Source: Acidimicrobiales bacterium (GTDB lineage Bacteria > Actinomycetota > Acidimicrobiia > Acidimicrobiales > CADCSY01). Taken from it: a stretch of 44,121 nt of DNA. Made by a program: the position numbers and the translations under genes. Positions 17,604 through 26,545 of this stretch are shown here, piece by piece; within the stretch, counting starts at the first letter, position 1, and each line of letters opens with the position of its first letter. The notes beneath the pieces are model-generated. The model saw nothing but the letters and a program-made list of their open reading frames with translations, did not search any database and was not told the origin of the DNA. The DNA is taken from the NCBI GenBank assembly GCA_036275955.1, contig DASUCO010000094.1, positions 1 through 44,121 of the forward strand, written 5' to 3'.

Positions 17604-17680
17604 GACGGGTTCCTTTCGAGGGGTCCCCGAACGGTGCCGGGGACGAGGGTGATGGGTGGGTGCCGCGGGGCGGCGGGTGG

Positions 17681-18883
17681 TCAGCGGTCGGCGCGCTGGT
17701 AGATCGAGACGACGGCCGTGCCGCCGATGCCGATGTTGTGCTGCATGGCGGCGGTGACGCCGTCGACCTGGCGCTTGTCGGCGGTGCCGCGCAGCTGCCA
17801 GGTGAGCTCGGCGCACTGCGCGAGACCGGTGGCACCCAGCGGGTGGCCCTTGGAGATGAGGCCGCCGGAGGGGTTGACGACCCAGCGGCCGCCGTAGGTG
17901 GTGTCGTCGTTGTCGAGCAGCTTGCCCGCCTCGCCCGGGGCGCACAGGCCGAGGGCTTCGTAGAGCAGCAGCTCGTTGGCGGAGAAGCAGTCGTGCAGCT
18001 CGATGACCTGGATGTCCTCGGGCCCCAGGCCGGCGCGCTCGTAGGCCTGCCGCGACGCGGCGACGTTCATGTCGTAGCCGATGATGTTCGCGGCCGTGCC
18101 GTCGAAGGTCGACTCGAAGTCGGTGGCGATGCCCTGGCCGACGATCTCGACCGCCTGCTCGGCGAGGCCGTGCTTCTCGACGAAGTCCTCGCTCGCGAGG
18201 ATCGCGGCGCCGGAGCCGTCGGAGGTCGGCGAGCACTGCAGCTTGGTGAGCGGCTCGTAGATCATCGGCGAGTTCATGATGTCGTCGAGCGTGTACGCGT
18301 CCTGGAACTGCGCGTACGGGTTGTTCACCGAGTGCTTGTGGTTCTTGTAGCCGATCTTGGCGAAGTGCTCGAGCGTCGTGCCGTACTTCTGCATGTGCTC
18401 GCGACCGGCGGCACCGAACATCCACGGCGCGGGCGGGAAGCGGACCTCACTGATCTCGGCGAGCATCAGGAAGTGCTTGCCGTTCGGCTGCTCGCGGTCG
18501 TCGAAGGTGACGCCGAGCGAGCCCGGGTTCATCTTCTCGAAGCCGAGCGCGAGGGTCACGTCGCTCTCGCCCGAGCGGATCGCGTTCGCGGCCAGGTACA
18601 GCGCGCTCGAGCCGGTCGAGCAGTTGCTGTTGACGTTGAAGACCGGGATGCCGGTCATGCCCAGCTCGTAGACCGCCCGGTGGCCAGCGCAGCTCTCGCC
18701 GTACACGTAGCCGACGAAGGCCTGCTCGACCTGGTCGTAGGTGATGCCCGCGTCCTCGAGCGCCTTGGTGCCCGATTCCTTGGCCATCTGGGGGTAGTCC
18801 CAGTCCTCGCGTCGGCCGGGCTTCTCGAACTTCGTCATCCCGACGCCGATCACGAAGACCCGGTTCTTCTGCTTGCTGCTCAC
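17681..18883 (-). CDS. SCPx-type thiolase / lipid-transfer protein (Ltp-like 3-ketoacyl-CoA thiolase)
   Basis: ORF 17681..18883. Active-site Cys region [11 protein letters not shown], plus [11 protein letters not shown] start with GAGGAGG 4 nt upstream. Confidence 0.9.
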   Translation of the reverse strand: MSSKQKNRVFVIGVGMTKFEKPGRREDWDYPQMAKESGTKALEDAGITYDQVEQAFVGYVYGESCAGHRAVYELGMTGIPVFNVNSNCSTGSSALYLAANAIRSGESDVTLALGFEKMNPGSLGVTFDDREQPNGKHFLMLAEISEVRFPPAPWMFGAAGREHMQKYGTTLEHFAKIGYKNHKHSVNNPYAQFQDAYTLDDIMNSPMIYEPLTKLQCSPTSDGSGAAILASEDFVEKHGLAEQAVEIVGQGIATDFESTFDGTAANIIGYDMNVAASRQAYERAGLGPEDIQVIELHDCFSANELLLYEALGLCAPGEAGKLLDNDDTTYGGRWVVNPSGGLISKGHPLGATGLAQCAELTWQLRGTADKRQVDGVTAAMQHNIGIGGTAVVSIYQRADR

Positions 18884-19017
18884 GTGGCCTCCTCGTTGGC
18901 GCTGATAGGAGGACCGTAGGAAGCATCGCGGCCCCGCGGCGACGACAGCGGAGCCCGTTGTGCTTGACCGAAACGCTCACGCCGGGGCACCTCGAGAGCC
19001 CTGGTACGGTGCGCCGC

Positions 19018-20025
19018 ATGGCCGAGCGGACCCTGCCGATCGACATGGTGCAGGCGGTCGTGTCGGTCGCGCTGCGCATGGGCTGGGACGTCAACGCCCT
19101 GCTCGAGGAGGCCGGCGTATCGCCCCTGCTGATGGCCGAGGGACGCGCCCGCGTGACCGAGGAGCAGCTGGTGCGGACCCTGCGCTCGCTCTGGGACCGC
19201 ACCGACGACGAGCTGCTCGGCCTGGGCCCGCACCCGCTGCCGCGCGGCACCTTCCGCCTGCTGCTCTTCGGCATCGCCGGTGCCCGCGATCTCGGCGATG
19301 CGCTGGCGCGGCTGCAGGGTTTCGTCCGGGCCTTCCCCGCCCTCGGCTTCGACCTCGACGTCGCCGACGGGGAGGCCCGCCTGCGGGCCCCGACGGTGCT
19401 CGACGACGACATGGCGACCATCGCGCTGCTCACCGGTCTCGCGGCGGGGCACCGGCTCATCTGCTGGGCCGTCGGAGCCGCGGTCGTGGCGAGACGGGTG
19501 GAGCTGCCGTTCCCCCGCGCCCACGACGAGACGCTCGCGATGATGTTCGACGCCCCCCTGGTGTTCGACGCCGACCGCGCCGCGCTCGTCTTCGACGCCG
19601 ACCTGCTGAAGCGGCCCTTCGTGCGCACCGACGCCGAGATCGAGGAGATGGTGGCCCATGCGCCGCGCTGGTTCCTGGAGCGGCCGCGCCGCGAGGTCAC
19701 TCTCAGCGCCTAGGTGCGCCGCTATGTCGAGACCGCCATCGCGAGCGGCACCTGGCCGGACGCGCGCGACGCCGCCACGCGGCTCACGATGAGCCCGCAG
19801 ACGCTGCGGCGCCGCCTGGCCGAGGAGGGCACGTCGTTCCGGGCGATCAGCGACGACGTGCGTCGCGACGTCGCCGTCACCAGCCTGGTCGACGGCACCG
19901 AGTCGATCGCCGACCTCTCCGCCCGGCTGGGCTTCTCCGAGCCGAGCGCGTTCACCCGGGCCTTCCGACGCTGGACCGGCGACGCACCGAGCGCCTACCG
20001 GCGTGACGGCGCCGAGGACGGCTGA
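19018..20025 (+). pseudogene. AraC family regulator (paralog of 12182..13234) interrupted by an in-frame TAG at 19711-19713
   Basis: ORFs 18958..19713 and 19714..20025 are in the same frame, separated only by TAG. The first ORF encodes the effector-binding-type domain. The second encodes a complete double HTH (TRLTMSPQTLRRRLAEEGTSFRAI...SARLGFSEPSAFTRAFRRWTGDAPSAY). ATG 19018 has TACGGT 7 nt upstream. Confidence 0.7.
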
Positions 20026-20117
20026 GCCTCGGCGGGCCGTGGCCGTGGCCCAAAGTGCGAGGGTCGCGACCGATCGCACCCTGGTGCGATCCCCCGGCCC
20101 TGCCTAGGGTCGCGCGC

Positions 20118-21131
20118 ATGCCCACTCCTTCGCCCAACTCGGCCGACGACGCCGCCGCCCTGCCGCAGGGCTGGGCACCCGACCTCGTCGCCCGCCACGA
20201 GTCCCGCTGGATGCACCTCGCCGGCCGCTTCACCTCGACGCGCACGCTGCGTCGTCCCGACCTGCTGGCGCGGGCGGTGCGCGGCAAGGTCGTGGTGATC
20301 ACCGGGGCCTCGAGCGGCGTCGGAGCCGCGCTCGCCGCGCAGTGCGCCGACGCGGGCGCCCAGGTCGTCATCTGCGCCCGCAGCGCCGACCTGCTCGAGG
20401 AGGTGGCCGTCGGCATCCGCGCCCGCGGCGGGCTCGTCGACACCCACCGCGTCGACCTCGGCGACGACGAGCAGGTGCGGGCGTTCGCTGCGGCGGTGCT
20501 GCGCGACCACGGCAGGGTCGACGTCCTGGTGCACAACGCGGGCAAGTCGCTGAACCGCAGCGTGGAGCGCTCCGCCCGGCGACCCAAGGACCTCAACGCC
20601 ACCCTGGCGGCCAACTACGTCGGTCCGGTGCGGCTCACGATGGCGCTGCTGCCCTACATGCGTGCCCGCGGCGAGGGGCACATCGTCAACGTCTCGACCC
20701 TGGGCATGCTGATGCCCGCCACCCCGCGCTGGAGCCTCTACCTCGCGAGCAAGGCGGCCTTCGACTGGTGGCTGCGCTGCGTCGCCTCCGAGATCGAGGT
20801 CGACGGCGTCCGCGTGACCACCCACTACCTGGGTAGCGCCCGCACCAAGATGAGCGCCTCCGACAACCTGCTCACCCGACTGCCGAGCCAGTCGGCCGAC
20901 GACGCCGCCCGCGGCGTCGCGCACTCCATCGTGCACCGGCCCCGCATCGGTGCCTGGCGGCCGCTGTTCGTCGTCGGCGCGCTCTCCACCCTGCTACGGG
21001 GGCCGATGGACCGGCTCACCGCCCGGGCCTACCGCCGCATCCCGGAGCCGCGGCTCAACGCGAGCCGCGCCCTCCCGCAGGAGGAGCTCGTCTACGGCGA
21101 CCCGGACGCGCTCGCCACGCAGCACGGCTGA
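20118..21131 (+). CDS. Short-chain dehydrogenase/reductase (SDR)
   Basis: ORF 20055..21131. Motifs: ITGASSGVG, HNAG and YLASK. ATG 20118 has TAGGGT 7 nt upstream. Confidence 0.8.
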   Translation: MPTPSPNSADDAAALPQGWAPDLVARHESRWMHLAGRFTSTRTLRRPDLLARAVRGKVVVITGASSGVGAALAAQCADAGAQVVICARSADLLEEVAVGIRARGGLVDTHRVDLGDDEQVRAFAAAVLRDHGRVDVLVHNAGKSLNRSVERSARRPKDLNATLAANYVGPVRLTMALLPYMRARGEGHIVNVSTLGMLMPATPRWSLYLASKAAFDWWLRCVASEIEVDGVRVTTHYLGSARTKMSASDNLLTRLPSQSADDAARGVAHSIVHRPRIGAWRPLFVVGALSTLLRGPMDRLTARAYRRIPEPRLNASRALPQEELVYGDPDALATQHG

Positions 21132-21150
21132 GCACGGCCCGGAGGCGACG

Positions 21151-21182
21151 AGGCGCCCACCTCCTCCACGGGGTGGGCGCCT
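21151..21182. terminator. Bidirectional hairpin between convergent genes
   Basis: Perfect 11-bp stem: AGGCGCCCACC (21151-21161) pairs with GGTGGGCGCCT (21172-21182), with a 10-nt loop. It sits in the 73-bp gap between the SDR stop and the BVMO stop. Confidence 0.6.
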
Positions 21183-21204
21183 CTGCGCGTGCGCACCGGC
21201 CTGG

Positions 21205-22731
21205 TCAGGCCGGGGCGACGTCCTTGCGCCGGCGGGAGCCGACCTGCTTCGGGGCGGGCGCGACGACCGGCGCGTCGAGCACCCAGTGCTCCTCCACGGG
21301 GGCGCGCATCGCCTTGCGGTAGCGGTCCGGCGTCCACGGCCACAGCTCGGGCAGGCCGTCCTTGCCGAGGTACCAGCTGGTGCAGCCGCTGGCCCACACC
21401 GTGCCCGGCATCGCGGCGTTCATGGCGCGCTGGTGCTCCTCGTAGGCCTCCTGGCTCACCTCGACGGTGTCGAACTCCCCGGCCGCCCACCGCTCGATCC
21501 AGCCCGCGACGAAGGCCGCCTGGGACTCCGCGATGGCGGTGAGCGAGTAGTTGCCCACCGGGCTGTGCGGGCCCATCAGCATGAACAGGTTCGCCAGGCC
21601 GGGCACCGCGACGCCGTAGTAGGCCTTGGGGCCGTCGGCCCAGACGTCGTCGAGCGTGCGACCGCCGTCGCCGACCACCGACGCCGGTCGGATGAAGGCG
21701 TGGGCGTCGAAGCCGGTGGCGAGCACCAGGACGTCGAGGTCGTGCTCCTCGCCGTCGGCGGTGCGCACACCGGTGGGCGTGATCCGCTCGATGGCGTCGG
21801 TGACGACGTCGACGGTGTCGCGCTGCACGGCCTTGAAGTAGCCCGGCGACATCACCAGGCGGCGACAGCCCGGCTGGTAGTCCGGCGTCAGCTTGGCCCG
21901 CAGGTCCCGGTCGCGCACCATCGCGAGGCTGCTGCGGCACAGCAGCTCGATCGCGCGACGACGGACGCCGTCCTGCACCAACGCCTGGGCGAAGAGCTCC
22001 ATCGCGGTGCGGTAGGCCAGGTAGCCGCCGTGGTCGAGGGCGCTCAGGCGGCGGTGCGCCGCCTTCAGCAGCCGCGGGTAGGCGGGGTTGGGCAGGGTCA
22101 CCACCCAGTGCGGCGAGCGCTGGAAGACGCTCACCTTCGACGCCACCGTCGACAGCGCGGTCGTGATCTGCACGCCCGTGGAGCCGCTGCCGATGATGCC
22201 GACGCGCGCGCCCTCGAGGGGCACGTCGTGGTCCCACCGCGCCGAGTGGAACAGCGCGCCCTCGAACTCCTCGGCGCCCGCGATGTCGGGCACGTGCGGG
22301 TGGTGCAGCACCCCGGCGGCGCTGAGCACGAAGTCGGCACGCCACTCCCCACCCGCCGCGGTGCGCACGACCCACTCGCCGTCGACCCGCTCGATCGAGG
22401 TGACCTCCTGCCCGAAGCGCACGTGACGGCGCAGGTCGAGGTCGTCGGCGACCTTCTCGAAGTAGGCCGCGATCTCCGCCCCCGGCGAGAACAGGTGCGA
22501 CCAGTCGGGGTTGGTGGCGAACGTGAACTGGTAGAAGCGCGACGGCACGTCGCACGCCAGCCCGGGGTAGGTGTTGTCGCGCCAGGTGCCGCCGATGCTC
22601 CCGCGCTTCTCGAGCACGGTGATGTCGTCGACCCCGGCCTCGCGCAGGTAGTGCACGGCGCACAGGCCCGACATACCGGACCCGACGACGACGACGCGGG
22701 GCGAGCGCGGGCGGGCGGGGGTGGGGTGCAT
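21205..22731 (-). CDS. Flavin-dependent Baeyer-Villiger-type monooxygenase (second copy, no DUF4873 tail)
   Basis: ORF 21205..22761. Motifs: VVGSGMSGL, the fingerprint FEGALFHSARW and IIGSGSTG. ATG 22731 is preferred because GAAGGAGAAGACC precedes it. Confidence 0.85.
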   Translation of the reverse strand: MHPTPARPRSPRVVVVGSGMSGLCAVHYLREAGVDDITVLEKRGSIGGTWRDNTYPGLACDVPSRFYQFTFATNPDWSHLFSPGAEIAAYFEKVADDLDLRRHVRFGQEVTSIERVDGEWVVRTAAGGEWRADFVLSAAGVLHHPHVPDIAGAEEFEGALFHSARWDHDVPLEGARVGIIGSGSTGVQITTALSTVASKVSVFQRSPHWVVTLPNPAYPRLLKAAHRRLSALDHGGYLAYRTAMELFAQALVQDGVRRRAIELLCRSSLAMVRDRDLRAKLTPDYQPGCRRLVMSPGYFKAVQRDTVDVVTDAIERITPTGVRTADGEEHDLDVLVLATGFDAHAFIRPASVVGDGGRTLDDVWADGPKAYYGVAVPGLANLFMLMGPHSPVGNYSLTAIAESQAAFVAGWIERWAAGEFDTVEVSQEAYEEHQRAMNAAMPGTVWASGCTSWYLGKDGLPELWPWTPDRYRKAMRAPVEEHWVLDAPVVAPAPKQVGSRRRKDVAPA

Positions 22732-22774
22732 GGTCTTCTCCTTCGAAGCGGCTGAGGTCATCGTGCGACCGCCG

Positions 22775-24166
22775 TCACCGCGGACGGCGCACGGGCACCG
22801 TGTTCGGGCCGCGCAGCGACGGGTTGGTCGACCACGTCAGAGGGCCGGCGGGTTCGAGCGCCGGCACCTGGTCGAGCAGCGTGTCGAGGGCGATGCGCGC
22901 CTCCAGCCGGGCCAGGTGGGCACCCAGGCAGAAGTGCGGGCCGACGCCGAAGCCGAGCTGGCCGTTCGTCGTCCGGGTGGGGTCGAAGACGTCGGGGTCG
23001 GGGAAGCGGTCGGCGTCGCGATTGGCGGCGCCGAAGAAGAGCACCACCCGCGAACCGGCGGGGATCACGTGGCCGCCCACCTCGTAGGGCTCGAGGGCGA
23101 CGCGGCTCACCCACTGCAGCGGCGTCCCCCAGCGCAGGCCCTCCTCCACGAGGCCGGGCACCAGCGAACGGTCCTCGCGGACCCGGGCGTAGAGCTCCGG
23201 GTCGCGCGCGAGCTGGTCGCCCACGAGACCCAGCAGGTTCGTGGTGGTGTCGTTGCCCGCCACGATCAGCAGCATGACGAACAGGTAGGCGTGCATGCGG
23301 GTGATCTCGCCGTCGTCCACGCCCTGCTGCAGCACGGTCAGGACGTCGTCGCGGGGATCGCTGCGCCGGCGCAGCATCTCGGTGTGCACCAGGTCCTCGA
23401 GCTTGACCATCACCGGCACGGACCTGCCCAGCACGCTGAAGACCTCGAGGTAGGTGCGCGGCGAGAAGATCTTCGCGAGGTCGAGCGACCATGCGCGGAA
23501 GTCCTGCCAGCGCTCGTCGGGGATGCCGACGAGCTGGGCGATCATCATGATCGGCAGCGGCACCGCGAAGTCCCGCATCAGGTCGACGTCGGCGCCGTCG
23601 CGCACCTGCGCGGCCAGCGGGTCGACGATGCGTCGCACCTGGTCCTCGAGCTTGCGGACGATGCCGGGGCTGAACGACTTCGCCACTACCGTGCGCAGGC
23701 GGTGGTGCTCGGGCTCGTCGGTGGTGATCAGCGAGGGCACGCCCATCGAGCGCAGGAAGATGCCGTCGGCCGACGACAGCACGTCGTGGGCGCGGGCCGC
23801 CTCGTTGACGTGGTCGAAGCGGGTCAGCATCCACACGTCGAGGCGCTCGTTGACCGCCACGCCGGCCGACCGCAGGGCCGCGTAGGCGGGATAGGGATCG
23901 GCCACCGCAGCGGGCAGGGTCGGGTCGAAGGTGGTGCGCAGCACCGTGTCGGGGGCCTCGGCCACCGAGGCGCGGTAGGCGAGCTCCCGCCACATGTTGC
24001 GGACGACGAGCGGGCCGGACTGGCCGGCCAGGTATCCCAGTGACGACGCCATGCCGCGCGCGGTGCCCGACGGTCGCGTGCGGATCGGACGCGACGGGAC
24101 CTCTCGTGGGGAGGGCGGCGGATCCGACGGGGCCGGGGTCGGCGGCGTGGACGTGGCGGTGCTCAT
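22775..24166 (-). CDS. Cytochrome P450
   Basis: Inner part of ORF 22775..24448. Motifs: I-helix AGNDTT, ExxR (EEGLR) and the heme loop FGVGPHFCLGAHLAR. ATG 24166 forms an ATGA overlap with the SDR stop. The N-terminus is Pro/Ser/Thr-rich. Confidence 0.9.
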   Translation of the reverse strand: MSTATSTPPTPAPSDPPPSPREVPSRPIRTRPSGTARGMASSLGYLAGQSGPLVVRNMWRELAYRASVAEAPDTVLRTTFDPTLPAAVADPYPAYAALRSAGVAVNERLDVWMLTRFDHVNEAARAHDVLSSADGIFLRSMGVPSLITTDEPEHHRLRTVVAKSFSPGIVRKLEDQVRRIVDPLAAQVRDGADVDLMRDFAVPLPIMMIAQLVGIPDERWQDFRAWSLDLAKIFSPRTYLEVFSVLGRSVPVMVKLEDLVHTEMLRRRSDPRDDVLTVLQQGVDDGEITRMHAYLFVMLLIVAGNDTTTNLLGLVGDQLARDPELYARVREDRSLVPGLVEEGLRWGTPLQWVSRVALEPYEVGGHVIPAGSRVVLFFGAANRDADRFPDPDVFDPTRTTNGQLGFGVGPHFCLGAHLARLEARIALDTLLDQVPALEPAGPLTWSTNPSLRGPNTVPVRRPR

Positions 24167-25077
24167 GCGTTGCTCCGGGGTGCGGCGGTGGCGGGCGTCG
24201 ACGTCGCGTCCGAGGAGGCGGCGGGCGTGGGGGCGGCGGCGGCCGTGGGGAGGGCGGCGGGCGCCGCGGCGGCACCGGAGGTGAGGCCGGGGACCCGTGC
24301 GAGCACCGTGTCGAAGCGGGCGACGAGCGAGCGGAACTCGAGGGCGGGGCCGACCCAGCGCGGCGCCCACACCCGCGCCGAGCGACGCTCGAGACCCCGC
24401 ACGATGGCGGCGGCGGCGACCTCGACGGGAGCCGGGCTGAGGATCCACGGGACCTTCTCGGCCAGGGCGCCCAGCGGGGTGCCGCCGAGCAGGCCGTCGC
24501 GAGCGAGGCCGGTGTCGATGAGGCCGAAGAAGGCGACCCCGGCGCTCGCACCGGTGGGGGCGAGCTCGATGCGCAGGGAGCGGCCCAACGACTCGACACC
24601 GGCCTTGGCGGCGCCGTAGCCGGCGATGGTCGGGCAGGCGATGGCCGCGGCGAGGGACGCCACGAGCAGCACGTGCCCGCGCGAGCCGACGACGTGCGGC
24701 AGTGCGGCGTGCACGGTGCGCCAGACGCCGAGCAGGTCGACCTCGATGACCTTCTCCACGGCCTCCGGGTCGGCCTCCAGCAGCGGGGCGACCGGACCGG
24801 CGATGCCGGCGTTGGCGACGACCGAGTCGATGGGGCCCAGGTCGTGGGCGATGCGGGCGAAGACCTCGACCAGGCCCTCCCGGTCGGTGACGTCGGCCTC
24901 GTAGGCCCGCGCGCCGGCGACCAGGGCCGCCGCCGCCTCGGCGGCCGCCGCCCCGTCGCGGTCGACGACGGCGACCTTCGCCCCGCGCGCGTACAGCAGC
25001 CGGGTCGTCTCCCGCCCGATGCCCTTGCCTGCTCCGGTGACCACGACGACGCGGCCCTCCAACGATCGTGCCCTCAC
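24163..25077 (-). CDS. Short-chain dehydrogenase/reductase (SDR) with Ala/Pro-rich C-terminal tail
   Basis: ORF 24163..25209. Motifs: VTGAGKGIG, ANAG and YGAAK. GTG 25077 has GAGGAGG 5 nt upstream. The alternative start is ATG 25104. Confidence 0.8.
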   Translation of the reverse strand: MRARSLEGRVVVVTGAGKGIGRETTRLLYARGAKVAVVDRDGAAAAEAAAALVAGARAYEADVTDREGLVEVFARIAHDLGPIDSVVANAGIAGPVAPLLEADPEAVEKVIEVDLLGVWRTVHAALPHVVGSRGHVLLVASLAAAIACPTIAGYGAAKAGVESLGRSLRIELAPTGASAGVAFFGLIDTGLARDGLLGGTPLGALAEKVPWILSPAPVEVAAAAIVRGLERRSARVWAPRWVGPALEFRSLVARFDTVLARVPGLTSGAAAAPAALPTAAAAPTPAASSDATSTPATAAPRSNA

Positions 25078-25184
25078 GGCATCCTCCTCATTGAGTGCGT
25101 TCATCAGAGGATCGACCAGAGTCCGAGGCTTCGATAGGGCAGGAGCGACGATCTGTCGCCGAGATTTTGTGGGAAACTCCAAGA

Positions 25185-26420
25185 GTGGTCGTCTCTGCGT
25201 CATCGTCACCCCGCCTGCCCGAGCCGCGGCCGCACCTGCTGCCGTGGCTGGAGATCCTCGAGGAGCCCGCCACCCTCGACGCGCTCAGCCACCAGGTCCT
25301 CCAGGCCCTCGCCGGCTCGACCGCCTGGCTCGATCTCTCGCTGCAGCGGGAGGTCGCCGAGCTCTTCCGCGCGTCGGCCCACAGCCTCGGGCCGATCCTC
25401 GCGGGCACGGCCACCGGCTTCCAGCCTCCCCGCGAGGCGCTGCGCCTCGGCCGCCGCATGGCCCGTCTGGGGCTCGGCGTCGGCGAGATCCTGACCGCCT
25501 TCGGCGACATGCGCCAGCAGATCTCCGACCTCGTCGCCACCGTGCTCGCCCTCCTCGACGTGCCCGCCGACCAGCAGCTGAGGCTCGCCCTCGAGGCCCA
25601 TCAGCTGGTGATGTGGTGGCTCGACGCCATCCAGCTCGCCGTGCTCGCCGAGCACGGGCTGGAGCGCGACTCCCTCACCCAGGCCACGCAGCGTCGACGC
25701 CAGGAGCTCGTGCACGGGGTGCTCGACGGCACCCACGGCGACACCGACGAAGCAAGTCGGCACCTCGGCTACAACCTGCGCGGCTCCCACACCGCCGTCG
25801 TCGCGTGGGCGAGCGACCAGCCGGACGACGACGGGAGCATCGCCGACTACCTGCGCCGGCTGCACCCGCGGGGCGGGACGGCGGCCCTCGTGCTCGAGGG
25901 GCCCGGCAGCGAGACTCGTGCCTGGCTCCCGGCCGTCGGATCGACCGACCTGTTCACCGCCCACCCTCCGCCGCCCGGCGTGGTGGTCGCGGTCGGCAAC
26001 GGCCTGCGCGGGCCGGGGGGGTTCCGGCTCTCCCACCGCCAGGCGCAGGCGGCTCGAGACCTGGCCCCGCGGCTGCGCGGCCGGCCGTCCGTCGTCCGCT
26101 ACGCCGAGTACGACGTGCTCGCCCACCTGGCCGCCGGCGATCCCGAGACGCTGGTCGCGCTCGCCACCACCGAGCTCGGCGAACTCGGCGCCGACACCCC
26201 CGCCGCCGAGCGCCTTCGCGAGAGCCTGGCCGCCTACTTCGCCCACTCCCAGCGCATCGGGCCGGCCGCGGAGACACTCGCCGTGCACCCGAACACGCTG
26301 CGCTACCGGCTGCAGCTGGCGGAGGCCGCCATCGGCCGACCGCTCGGGGAGGCACGGCTGCGCCTCGAACTGGCCCTGCTGGTGCACCGCGACCTCGCAC
26401 CACCGCCGGACCATCAGTGA
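25185..26420 (+). CDS. PucR/CdaR-type transcriptional regulator
   Basis: ORF 25095..26420. The C-terminal HTH is AAETLAVHPNTLRYRLQLAEAAIGRPL. The start is uncertain. GTG 25185 was chosen because it avoids overlap with the divergent SDR gene. TTG 25167 and the track start 25095 are alternatives. Confidence 0.7.
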   Translation: MVVSASSSPRLPEPRPHLLPWLEILEEPATLDALSHQVLQALAGSTAWLDLSLQREVAELFRASAHSLGPILAGTATGFQPPREALRLGRRMARLGLGVGEILTAFGDMRQQISDLVATVLALLDVPADQQLRLALEAHQLVMWWLDAIQLAVLAEHGLERDSLTQATQRRRQELVHGVLDGTHGDTDEASRHLGYNLRGSHTAVVAWASDQPDDDGSIADYLRRLHPRGGTAALVLEGPGSETRAWLPAVGSTDLFTAHPPPPGVVVAVGNGLRGPGGFRLSHRQAQAARDLAPRLRGRPSVVRYAEYDVLAHLAAGDPETLVALATTELGELGADTPAAERLRESLAAYFAHSQRIGPAAETLAVHPNTLRYRLQLAEAAIGRPLGEARLRLELALLVHRDLAPPPDHQ

Positions 26421-26462
26421 CCGGTGCCGGCCGACGGCCGGGACAGCGGTTCGGTGCGCGAT

Positions 26463-26480
26463 ACTATGGTTTCACCCCTA
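26463..26480. promoter_or_regulatory. Candidate TetR operator / -10 region upstream of the TetR gene
   Basis: ACTATGG-tttcac-CCCTA sits in an AT-richer patch 66 nt upstream of GTG 26546. It matches 13 of 18 positions of ACTATGG-cttact-CCATA at 29675-29692. TACTAT (26462-26467) could serve as a -10. Confidence 0.4.
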
Positions 26481-26545
26481 GAAGGGCCGGGCCGCACGAT
26501 CACGCTCCGACGTCGCGAGACGACCGCCGAGCAGGGAGGGCACGC

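Noticed and set aside
22732-22761. Upstream ATG 22761 as the start of the second BVMO (MTSAASKEKTM…)
   Set aside because: The extra codons themselves spell the ribosome-binding site (GAAGGAGAAG) for ATG 22731, so the shorter form is more likely.
25105-25184. Imperfect inverted repeat GAGATTT-N6-AAACTC and short ATCGA/TCGAT repeats in the SDR-P450 / PucR intergenic region as a defined operator
   Set aside because: The repeats are short and imperfect, and I could not find a second copy elsewhere in the window. The region is probably regulatory but is not specific enough to call.
25019-26545. N-terminal part of the 700-aa ORF 25019..27121
   Set aside because: It overlaps the PucR-type gene in another frame and is Arg/Pro-rich. 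The real TetR starts at GTG 26546 behind GGGAGGG.
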